Source: Candidatus Aenigmatarchaeota archaeon
Lineage (GTDB): Archaea > Aenigmatarchaeota > Aenigmatarchaeia > QMZP01 > QMZT01
Length of the DNA: 64,000 bases
Assembly (NCBI GenBank): GCA_963726265.1
Contig: CAVSBQ010000002.1
Coordinates: 959,334-1,023,333, forward strand
Direction: 5' to 3'
A model generated the notes under the pieces. It saw only the letters and a program-made list of their open reading frames with translations. It did not search any database and had not been told where the DNA came from. The position numbers and the translations under genes were made by a program. Below are positions 53,466 through 60,468 of the stretch, piece after piece (the first letter of the stretch is position 1; each line of letters begins with the position of its first letter).

Positions 53466-54083
53466 TCACGTTAATAATTCACCACTTAATAGGATTCTAT
53501 ATTTATGAGGTCTTTTATCTTTATTTATCTCAATTAGACCATTTTTCTCCAGCTCTCTAAGATGCTTTCTTAAAACCGGTTCTTCCGTTGACATTTTCTT
53601 GTTTTTCAAGAAATTTATAATATCTCTCAAATTATTGCACTCTCTAACAGCTCTGAGTACGGCAAACTTTTCCTCTGAAAGCATTCTTTCATACATTATA
53701 AATTTTGGTATCTCAATCACTTGATTGTTTTCTTCTTGAATATAAATTATCCTCTCTGCCTTTGTAACAGAACCTGCAAACGCAGCTGCTAGCGATAGAG
53801 TCTTCCTACCTCCAGTTATATTGATTGTTACATTATCATTTTCATTTATAACTCTCTTTATTTTTTCCAAATTTTCCATAAAAAAATATGGTGAAACCTC
53901 AACTTTCTCTACAATTATTTCCATATCTTTAGATATTTTTTCTAATTTTCTGAGTCCATCTTTTGCCTTTTTTGATACTAATTTATGAGAGATAAGAAGA
54001 ATGAGTTTATCGCAGGGGAATTGTTTAATTCCTTGAATAATTCCATCAGGTTCCTCTCCGAAAGTAGAAATTAAAGTTTTCAT
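53466..54083 (-). CDS. Csa3-like CARF domain + winged-HTH transcriptional regulator
   Basis: 205 aa. MKTLISTFGEEPDG (beta1-T-x-G), KLILLIS, VTINITGGRKTLSLAAAFAG (CARF h-T-G-G-R/T-K loop), RIIYIQEE..QVIEIPKF, then the wHTH LRKHLRELEKNGLIEINK. Collinear with Sulfolobus Csa3 as I remember it. Confidence 0.6.
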   Translation of the reverse strand: MKTLISTFGEEPDGIIQGIKQFPCDKLILLISHKLVSKKAKDGLRKLEKISKDMEIIVEKVEVSPYFFMENLEKIKRVINENDNVTINITGGRKTLSLAAAFAGSVTKAERIIYIQEENNQVIEIPKFIMYERMLSEEKFAVLRAVRECNNLRDIINFLKNKKMSTEEPVLRKHLRELEKNGLIEINKDKRPHKYRILLSGELLT

Positions 54084-54194
54084 ATAAAATTATTATTTCA
54101 GATATATATAAAGTTAACTATCGTGGTTACATAGTTAATACTATGGTTATAAGATGGAAATTGCCACTGATTTTGGGGAGTACATCAGAAACCG

Positions 54195-54206
54195 ATGTTT
54201 AAACAT
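54195..54206. promoter_or_regulatory. ATGTTTAAACAT palindrome, copy C, 34 nt before the ATG at 54241
   Basis: Exact 12-mer, followed by AACCTTTTAAAAC. Confidence 0.45.
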
Positions 54207-54240
54207 AACCTTTTAAAACGAAACTCAAATTTCATATTGA

Positions 54241-54396
54241 ATGGTAACTATTTTATGTCCAAAATGTAAAGCGAAATTAGATATTTTTACTGAAAGAAAA
54301 ATAACTTGGGTTAAATGCTGGCGCTGTGGATATCGAGGCAAAGTCGGTCACAAAGAACCATTCATTCACAAGGCCGCGACGCCTGCTGAGATTTAG
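54241..54396 (+). CDS. 51-aa zinc-ribbon micro-protein, below the ORF-track cutoff
   Basis: MVTILCPKCKAKLDIFTERKITWVKCWRCGYRGKVGHKEPFIHKAATPAEI, with two CxxC pairs. Confidence 0.35.
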   Translation: MVTILCPKCKAKLDIFTERKITWVKCWRCGYRGKVGHKEPFIHKAATPAEI

Positions 54397-54419
54397 AAGA
54401 GAGGATTGCCTTTGATAAT

Positions 54420-54644
54420 ATGATGTGGAAAATGACAGAAATTAAAGACATTGGTAAAATGTTTGAAAAGAAAACTACAGCATTTCTTGCACTAGGTGCA
54501 ATTTTATTGATTTTCTCTATGTACTTCAATACAACTAAGGAAAACTCTTCAAATATAGGAGTATGGATTTCTACTATAATAATAGGTATAGCTCTATGCG
54601 CCCAAATAGTAAATTGGATAATTTATTGGTACAAAAAATATTAA
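54420..54644 (+). CDS. 74-aa two-helix membrane micro-protein
   Basis: The hydrophobic helices are AFLALGAILLIFSMYF and VWISTIIIGIALCAQIVNWIIYW. Confidence 0.35.
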   Translation: MMWKMTEIKDIGKMFEKKTTAFLALGAILLIFSMYFNTTKENSSNIGVWISTIIIGIALCAQIVNWIIYWYKKY

Positions 54645-54687
54645 TTTTTAAGAAAAAGGGATTGCCGCTTGTGATTGGTGGGAACAA

Positions 54688-54918
54688 ATGAAAAAAGAAA
54701 CAAACCATGATAAATTCGTGAAAGCCTTCAAGGGAATGGAAGGCCGAACGCTTGAAACAAAGGAAATAAAGCGAATATTGAAAAGCAAAACCAACATAGA
54801 AGAAGGTAGCATACTGCCAAACGACCATGCAAGCGGCAATAAATGTCCATGCAGCTGTGCGGCAACGGAAAACAGGGTTTTTGATAGAATTAAACGCGGT
54901 TTCTATAAAGTGAGATAA
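54688..54918 (+). CDS. 76-aa hypothetical protein
   Basis: ORF preceded by GGTGG 8 nt upstream. Ends ...RVFDRIKRGFYKVR. Confidence 0.35.
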   Translation: MKKETNHDKFVKAFKGMEGRTLETKEIKRILKSKTNIEEGSILPNDHASGNKCPCSCAATENRVFDRIKRGFYKVR

Positions 54919-54963
54919 CTAATGTGGGATTGCCGCTGGTTTTGGGGAGTTCCAACTAAAATT

Positions 54964-55737
54964 TTATAAGTCCTCAACATTTCCGATTTTGATATACACA
55001 GAACCTTCTAGCGTGCCACCAGATATTTTAAGCCTTAAGCCAGTATCATCTCCCGGAACATCGAAAACTATGCCGCCCTCGGATGTCAGGCCTGGGCCAA
55101 TTTTATCAAACATAGGCAGAGGGGTGTATCCCATCTGACTCATGTAAATGGATGCAGTAGTATCCGTTTCATATTCCCTGCTTTTACTATCAAGTAGCTT
55201 GAAATTATTATAGGATAAATATTCAGATTTTTTACCGCTGTTTTCTACAGACATAATAAGAATTACAAACATTCCTTTAGCTTCTACACCAAGATAACCC
55301 CCGCCGATATAAGGAAGTTGCATAACATCCGTAACAATGTATGAAAAATCACCAATTGTCACTTTATCACCGATAGAAGCTTCATAATCACATCTTTCAG
55401 TGATTGTTTTCATATTTTTTTGGCAAACATTCATTGAAGAATTCTGTAGGCAAATTTGGTCAATAATGTTCTTCGCGTATCCTTCTGTAACATAATTCTT
55501 ACCACAGTTGTTTTGATCATAACAAGGTATAACTCTGAAACCTGGAGATATACATTCACTAGCAGCGGAACATTTATAATCAGAAACACACGATGGAAGT
55601 TGATTTTGTTTAGGTTGTGACGTTTCTGTGGGTATATATGTTGTATCATCTCTAACTATATTTCCTGTGTTCACACAACCGGAACTAAATAAAATAGCTA
55701 TTATTAAGACCGGAAGTATGAGGATTTTCGCCCTCAT
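54964..55737 (-). CDS. secreted lipoprotein-like protein with Cys-rich region and DUF4352-like C-terminal domain
   Basis: The signal/lipobox is MRAKILILPVLIIAILFSSGC. ...FVILIMSVENSGKKSEYLSYNNFKLLDSKSREYE...GGIVFDVP resembles DUF4352. Confidence 0.5.
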   Translation of the reverse strand: MRAKILILPVLIIAILFSSGCVNTGNIVRDDTTYIPTETSQPKQNQLPSCVSDYKCSAASECISPGFRVIPCYDQNNCGKNYVTEGYAKNIIDQICLQNSSMNVCQKNMKTITERCDYEASIGDKVTIGDFSYIVTDVMQLPYIGGGYLGVEAKGMFVILIMSVENSGKKSEYLSYNNFKLLDSKSREYETDTTASIYMSQMGYTPLPMFDKIGPGLTSEGGIVFDVPGDDTGLRLKISGGTLEGSVYIKIGNVEDL

Positions 55738-55769
55738 GTTTTAGAATTCTAAACTAGCTTTAAAACCCT

Positions 55770-55781
55770 ATGTTTAAACAT
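55770..55781. promoter_or_regulatory. ATGTTTAAACAT palindrome, copy D, 32 nt before the minus-strand ATG at 55737
   Basis: Exact 12-mer. Read on the minus strand it is followed by AGGGTTTTAAAGC, like copies A and C. Confidence 0.45.
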
Positions 55782-55852
55782 CACCTTCCCAATTATGGGT
55801 AAGAAGATGGAGAAGGCTCGTGGGATGCCGCCGGTTCCTGGCTTAGACTGGT

Positions 55853-56158
55853 TCAGTCCTTGCAGCACTTATCGTACTTCTCGAACTTCCTGCCGTACTT
55901 GATGCCCCAGCTCGCCCAGCCTGCGCCCATTATGGCGATGAAGGCTAGGACTGCGACAAGGAAGACGGCGACGTTCTGGTATAGTGTGAACTTGTCCGCG
56001 AAGAAGAACAGCCATACGATGAAGAACGCCACGATTCCGAAGACGGAGATTATCGAAATCGCTACCCTCAAGCCGAAGCCCGGCGTGTCTTCCGGACGCT
56101 GGTATTCCTTCGCTTTCTCTCCCCTTACCACTTTTTTCTTTGGCATTTTCCACCTCAT
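55853..56158 (-). CDS. small membrane protein, hypothetical
   Basis: 101 aa with a basic N-terminus, three hydrophobic helices and a CCKD C-terminus. Confidence 0.4.
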   Translation of the reverse strand: MRWKMPKKKVVRGEKAKEYQRPEDTPGFGLRVAISIISVFGIVAFFIVWLFFFADKFTLYQNVAVFLVAVLAFIAIMGAGWASWGIKYGRKFEKYDKCCKD

Positions 56159-56303
56159 TGATAATGATTTTCGTACTTTTTATATAATGTGGTTCAATTT
56201 CCTCTATATTTGGTTTTGCCGCGACTTAAAATCCTTCATTCGGGCGGACGAGGCTCAGGTTAAATTTATAAAATTTGGTTTCAATCCTGAATTATGGTGA
56301 ATT

Positions 56304-56573
56304 ATGACTGAAGCGGTGGGAGGCTGGAACCGAACCAGGGAGTTTTTTCCTGACGACAGGAGAGGTTCCGGCAAATTGCACGAGTATGCTTTGGAAAGCC
56401 TGCCCGGTAAATATGTTCTTCCGCTGTCGGGTGGCGAGGACATAGGTAAGATAATAGAGGCGGACGTGACAGGCGTGGTTTTATTGGGCGGAAAGAGGAT
56501 AGGCAGGAGCGCCTGGCCGCTTTACAGGGTATTGGACAGGCCTCCGGAAGACGCCCTGGAAACCCATGCCTGA
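56304..56573 (+). CDS. hypothetical protein
   Basis: 89 aa. The codon usage (ata, agg, aga) and GC content resemble backbone genes. ...KYVLPLSGGEDIGKIIEADVTGVVLLGGKRIGRSAWPLY. Confidence 0.3.
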   Translation: MTEAVGGWNRTREFFPDDRRGSGKLHEYALESLPGKYVLPLSGGEDIGKIIEADVTGVVLLGGKRIGRSAWPLYRVLDRPPEDALETHA

Positions 56574-56652
56574 ACGCGAATTCGCGGATTCTGAAACATC
56601 TTAATTTTGAGCGCTGACAACCCAACCCCCGAGTGTTATCTTTATATAACAG

Positions 56653-56672
56653 TTGTAATAATATTATTACAA
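56653..56672. promoter_or_regulatory. 20-bp perfect palindrome TTGTAATAATATTATTACAA upstream of the second MNT gene
   Basis: Read directly from the sequence, 30 nt upstream of the ATG at 56702. A second inverted repeat, TGTTAT-N6-ATAACA, lies at 56634-56651. Confidence 0.45.
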
Positions 56673-56701
56673 GTGTAATAAAAATATATTACTGTGGGAA
56701 T

Positions 56702-57238
56702 ATGTGGGAGAATTACAACAAATACATGGTCTTCAAGGTCTTCCTTGACGACCCCATGCCCAAAGCCGGATTCCAGCTGAGGGAAATAAGCAGGATGGTG
56801 AAGCTCGCGCCCAAATCGGTGGGCATCTACCTGGCAGAGCTGGAAAAGGAAGGCCTTGTCATAAAGGAAAGGCAAAAGGCGACGGGATACCCGGTTTATT
56901 TTGCCAGCAGGAACAGCGAGATGTTCAGGTTTTACAGGAAGCTTGACGTTGTCCATTCCATAAAAACAAGCGGGCTGCTTGATTATTTGTGCGATAAAAC
57001 CACGCCGGATGTCATAGTCTTGTTCGGCTCGGCGTCGAGGGGCGAGGACACGCAAGAAAGCGACATCGACCTGTTCGTGCAGTGCGCCGGAAGGAAGCTT
57101 GACTTATCCGGTTTCGAAAAGCTCCTGAAGAGAAAAATCAGCATATTGTTCGGCGAAAATTTCAAAGAGCTCAGCGACGAGCTCAAGAACAATGTTATAA
57201 ACGGCATAATACTCAAAGGGTATCTGAAGGTGTTCTGA
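56702..57238 (+). CDS. wHTH-fused minimal nucleotidyltransferase, paralog of 41524..42138
   Basis: LREISRMVKLAPKSVGIYLAELEKEGLV (wHTH). VLFGSASRGEDTQESDIDLFV (NTase). The C-terminus NNVINGIILKGYLKV matches NNIANGIVLSGFLEV in the paralog. Confidence 0.7.
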   Translation: MWENYNKYMVFKVFLDDPMPKAGFQLREISRMVKLAPKSVGIYLAELEKEGLVIKERQKATGYPVYFASRNSEMFRFYRKLDVVHSIKTSGLLDYLCDKTTPDVIVLFGSASRGEDTQESDIDLFVQCAGRKLDLSGFEKLLKRKISILFGENFKELSDELKNNVINGIILKGYLKVF

Positions 57239-57239
57239 A

Positions 57240-57650
57240 ATGGATATGGGTTTAGTTGACGTCACCAAAGACAAGGTCAAGGCAAAATCGATTCTCGCGA
57301 TGGCTGAAGTCACGCTGGAGATGATCAAAACGATAGATGAGAAAAGGTTCGCCTCCAACCTGGTGAAAGAGTATTATGACGTCATAAGAGAGCTTATTTC
57401 TGCAATTATGCTTCTTGACGGATACAAAACCCGCGGTGAAGGCGCCCATATAAAGGCCATAGAATACATGCGGGAAAACTACAAGCAGCTTTCAGAGCTT
57501 GAGATTTCCGCCATTGACGACCTCAGGGAAAAGAGGAACAGGATAGCATACAACGGGTTTTTCGTCCAGCCCGATTATGTCGTGAGGAGAAAGCAGACGC
57601 TGGCTGGCATAATATCCAAACTCACGGAGACAATAAAAAAGCGCCTTTAG
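57240..57650 (+). CDS. HEPN-domain protein, partner of the second MNT
   Basis: 136 aa, helical, with LREKRNRIAYNG. It starts 2 nt after the MNT stop. Confidence 0.6.
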   Translation: MDMGLVDVTKDKVKAKSILAMAEVTLEMIKTIDEKRFASNLVKEYYDVIRELISAIMLLDGYKTRGEGAHIKAIEYMRENYKQLSELEISAIDDLREKRNRIAYNGFFVQPDYVVRRKQTLAGIISKLTETIKKRL

Positions 57651-57709
57651 AAATTCGCCTTCTGGGTGACCACAGAAACTGAAAGTGTGGTCATCTCCCG
57701 GCCTCCGGG

Positions 57710-57759
57710 CTGAAACCTTTAAAATCCGCCTGCAAATAAAACTTCATGGGTTTTCTCGG
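57710..57759 (+). repeat. left copy of a 50-nt direct repeat (49/50 identical to 59130-59179)
   Basis: CTGAAACCTTTAAAATCCGCCTGCAAATAAAACTTCATGGG(T/G)TTTCTCGG. Includes a TATA-like TTTAAAA and an ATG (57746) that opens only a 32-codon stub. Confidence 0.8.
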
Positions 57760-57778
57760 ACTCCTGAGGAAGGCGATG

Positions 57779-58507
57779 TCAACCGAATTTCTTTTTCAGT
57801 GCTTTAATGCATTCCATGTAGCCGAGCTTTTTGTTCGTGAGTGAGCTGATGTCGGAATCCCAGCGTGAATAGATTTTGTTTGCATTTCTGAATATCCTTT
57901 CCGTGTCGAATCTTTCGCCTGCTTCTTTCACTTTCCTTTTGACAAGCCCCATGTCCACGCTGTGCTTTTGGAGTATGAAATAGGCGTCAAAATAATCTCT
58001 GGGCTGGTTTCTGGTTATCAGCGCCCTTACCTTTTCTGCGATTATCTCCCTGATATTCAGCGTGTTTATGCTGAAATCCAAGCCGTAAAAATTAGGCATT
58101 TTGTGTTTTTCCGGCTTAAGATGTATCGAAGCTTTGCGATTCACGTCGGCGATTATGAAGGATTCTGCCTGAAAATAGCTCCTGTAATATACCAGATATC
58201 TGACAAAATCTTTGGTCGTTTTGTCGGTCCTGATCCTCGTGAAGAAACCGCTGTTTTCGACTGCCCTTTCGAGTTCATTCCTTATTTCACGAACCGGCCT
58301 GTCCGCGGCGAAGTCGAGATCCTCGGAAAGCCTGGCATGATCTAAAAATATTTTGTTCAGGGCTGTTCCGCCTTTGAGATAAATGCCTCTGATGCCCTTT
58401 GTCAGATAAAGGAATACCGTCAGAAAGTAGTCCTTCTCTATGTAAATAAGGTTTAGCCCCTTCATGCCGGCTATATATCTCAGCTTATTCTCCGAAATCA
58501 TCTCCAT
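57779..58507 (-). CDS. abiEii: AbiEii/DUF1814 nucleotidyltransferase toxin (type IV TA)
   Basis: 242 aa with YLKGGTALNKIFLDHARLSEDLDFA, the characteristic AbiEii N-terminal NTase motif. Confidence 0.75.
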   Translation of the reverse strand: MEMISENKLRYIAGMKGLNLIYIEKDYFLTVFLYLTKGIRGIYLKGGTALNKIFLDHARLSEDLDFAADRPVREIRNELERAVENSGFFTRIRTDKTTKDFVRYLVYYRSYFQAESFIIADVNRKASIHLKPEKHKMPNFYGLDFSINTLNIREIIAEKVRALITRNQPRDYFDAYFILQKHSVDMGLVKRKVKEAGERFDTERIFRNANKIYSRWDSDISSLTNKKLGYMECIKALKKKFG

Positions 58508-59007
58508 TTACGGCTCTCCTCCTTAGTCGCTATAAGGGCGCTGTGCCTTTGGATGGTTATCTTCGTGTGTTTCGGAAGCTTCCTGACTCTCCTAAACCTT
58601 ATCGTGAAGCCGAAAAATACGACATTTCCCTGCCTGGTCATGCTGAAAACCTCTGTTTCCGCGGGTATCTGCTCTATGAGCCCCCAGTAATGCGCTGCGC
58701 TCTTACCGCCTATGCAATATCCTTTGCCATTGCACATTTCATCGGTTACTATGAAAGGATGCTCCGACCACTTTCCGTGGTAGGCTTGCATGGGAACAAG
58801 GTAGTATTTTTCCCTGTTAATTTTCACAAGCCTTCCCTTTTTCATCAGCCTATGCATGTAGACATTCATCTCGTTTCTGCTTCCGAAAAACCTTTCAACA
58901 TCGTTACGACTGAAGAATCTTTTGTTGTCCAGTTCAAGGTATGAGACCATCTCCATCTCTTTACCTGAAAGACTGTTCACCCGTTTTTGTGTTTTGCCTA
59001 CCTTCAT
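58498..59007 (-). CDS. abiEi: AbiEi-like antitoxin / transcriptional regulator
   Basis: 169 aa. N-terminal wHTH-like region (…LSGKEMEMVSYLELDNKRFFSRNDVERFF…). It overlaps abiEii by 10 nt in the canonical AbiEi-AbiEii order. Confidence 0.6.
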   Translation of the reverse strand: MKVGKTQKRVNSLSGKEMEMVSYLELDNKRFFSRNDVERFFGSRNEMNVYMHRLMKKGRLVKINREKYYLVPMQAYHGKWSEHPFIVTDEMCNGKGYCIGGKSAAHYWGLIEQIPAETEVFSMTRQGNVVFFGFTIRFRRVRKLPKHTKITIQRHSALIATKEESRKWR

Positions 59008-59010
59008 GCG

Positions 59011-59047
59011 CTACACCGAAATTAACATATTATTAATTTTAGTGTAG
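59011..59047. promoter_or_regulatory. 37-bp imperfect palindrome (15-nt arms, 13/15 matched) 4 nt upstream of the abiEi start
   Basis: CTACACCGAAATTAA-catatta-TTAATTTTAGTGTAG. Confidence 0.45.
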
Positions 59048-59129
59048 CATATATAAAAAGGTTTTGCAGCATGGAGCATGGTTCTGGAGGTGACCACGTT
59101 TTTATCTTTTGTGGTCACCCGTCACCCGA

Positions 59130-59179
59130 CTGAAACCTTTAAAATCCGCCTGCAAATAAAACTTCATGGGGTTTCTCGG
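59130..59179 (+). repeat. right copy of the 50-nt direct repeat; carries the promoter and start codon of gene 59166..60464
   Basis: See 57710-57759. Both copies are preceded by a GGTGACCAC...GTGGTCA(C/T)C hairpin (57665-57695 and 59089-59119). Confidence 0.8.
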
Positions 59180-60464
59180 GTTTCTGAAGAAGGGTAAGAA
59201 AGCGGAAGGGGTTTCATCAGCCGCGCCGTCCGCGGCTGCGGATTCGACTCCGTCGACTGATATCGGGCTTGACGACGTGATGAAAACGCTGGAAGGCCGC
59301 ATGGCGGACAAGCTCGCCGCGGAGACGAAGAAGGCGGAGAAACTCTACTTCAAAATAAGCGAAGGCCTGGCCGAGGCGAAGAAGCACGCGGCCGGCCTGG
59401 AGAAGCAGAGCTTCGAGCCGGGCGACAAGACTTACGCCATGGTCAACATGACCAAGGACAATTACGTCAAGAAGGCCAATTCCCTGATCGCCGGGCTGCC
59501 GAAGATAGGCCGCATGAATTACGCGGAGATAGCCGCGTTTTCCGGCGGGGCCAGGAAAATCCTCAACGAGCTGCTCAACATCCAGCCGAAGCAGGCGATC
59601 CTGCTCACCCGCTACTTCAAGAAGGAGTCGTCTAGGGTAATCATGGCGCTCAAGGAAGCTGACATAGCATGCAGGGAGATGGAATCGCTGCTTCAGGGAA
59701 GCGCGCTGGGTCTCTACAGCTCGGCCAGCGAAACAATCGCTGATATCGCTGACCTCATGCGCAGGTCCGAAGACCTCGGAGGCCGCGCGCAGGGCATGGG
59801 CGAAAAGATCGCGGCCAGAAAGGTCGAGCTGGAGACGAGGCACGGCGACCACAAGGCCTTCCTTGCCGGCGAGGAAAGCGTAAAACACAGGACGCTGGAC
59901 GACGAGCTGAAGATGCGCGAGCGCGAACGAACCGAACTCGGCAACAAGCTCAACGACGAGCTTTCAGGCCTCAAGAGGCCGGTGAAGAAGCTCGAGCACG
60001 CGGCGGCGAAGGACGCGAAGGACAAGGAGAAGCTGGCGCTTTATTCGCGGCTTTCCCATTCGCCGCTCAAGGTCATGCTGAACGAAGGCGATTCGGCAAT
60101 AGCCGAGGCGCTGGTCAAGCTCAGAGAAATCGGCCTCAAGGACGAGGACCGCGAGCACGTCGAGGAGCTGGCGAAGAAAGTCGAGCTGGGCTACCTTTCC
60201 GAGCTCGCGGACAAATACAAGTGGCTCGAGGCTGAGATAGCGGAGAGGAAAGCGCAACTGGAGAAATCAAGCTTCCCTGAGAGCGACAAGAAACACGCAA
60301 GGGATATAGAGGACCTGAAGCGTGAGATTGCGGAACTGGAAAAGGAACTCGAGAAGGCGAAAGAGAACAGGACCGAGGTCTCTAAGAAGCTGAAGGACGG
60401 GAAGCGCAGGCTCGAGGATTCGCTTTTCAAGCAGGCGGGCCTGAAGCTGAACATAATCATTTAG
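59166..60464 (+). CDS. long coiled-coil protein, hypothetical
   Basis: 432 aa, Glu/Lys/Leu-rich heptad-like sequence. No enzymatic motif seen. Confidence 0.45.
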   Translation: MGFLGFLKKGKKAEGVSSAAPSAAADSTPSTDIGLDDVMKTLEGRMADKLAAETKKAEKLYFKISEGLAEAKKHAAGLEKQSFEPGDKTYAMVNMTKDNYVKKANSLIAGLPKIGRMNYAEIAAFSGGARKILNELLNIQPKQAILLTRYFKKESSRVIMALKEADIACREMESLLQGSALGLYSSASETIADIADLMRRSEDLGGRAQGMGEKIAARKVELETRHGDHKAFLAGEESVKHRTLDDELKMRERERTELGNKLNDELSGLKRPVKKLEHAAAKDAKDKEKLALYSRLSHSPLKVMLNEGDSAIAEALVKLREIGLKDEDREHVEELAKKVELGYLSELADKYKWLEAEIAERKAQLEKSSFPESDKKHARDIEDLKREIAELEKELEKAKENRTEVSKKLKDGKRRLEDSLFKQAGLKLNIII

Positions 60465-60468
60465 GAGG

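Larger units (their letters stand above)
54160..54950 (+). repeat. family of about 22-nt direct repeats (consensus ATTGCCGCTGGTTTTGGGGAGT) punctuating three micro-ORFs
   Basis: Copies at 54160-54181 and 54929-54950 are 20/22 identical. Degenerate copies lie at 54403-54416 and 54658-54683. Related shorter copies lie at 46018-46033 (GATTGCCCATGGGGAG) and about 55820-55842. Confidence 0.55.
50100..55800. other. low-GC block inside the accessory island, probably horizontally acquired
   Basis: A sampled line here is about 25% GC; a sampled backbone line is about 62%. These are counts of single 60-nt lines, not a computed profile. The block contains nucleases, a methylase, a CARF regulator and micro-ORFs. 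Confidence 0.55.

Noticed and set aside
54160-54950. The repeat-punctuated array considered as a CRISPR array or as integron attC-bounded cassettes.
   Set aside because: Units are about 250 bp and contain ORFs, so it is not a CRISPR array. The inner repeats are degenerate. The intergenic gaps (about 24-45 nt) are too short for attC sites, and I see no RYYYAAC/GTTRRRY cores or integrase.
56290-56630. GC-rich 340-bp patch in AT-rich surroundings, considered as SRP RNA or RNase P RNA. It contains CAGGCCTCC-GGAA-GACGCCCTG.
   Set aside because: The conserved SRP helix-8 3' strand (GGAAGCAGCC/AGCA) and the RNase P GAGGAAAGUCC motif are absent on both strands. The region has an 89-codon ORF with backbone-like codon usage, so it was called as a hypothetical CDS.
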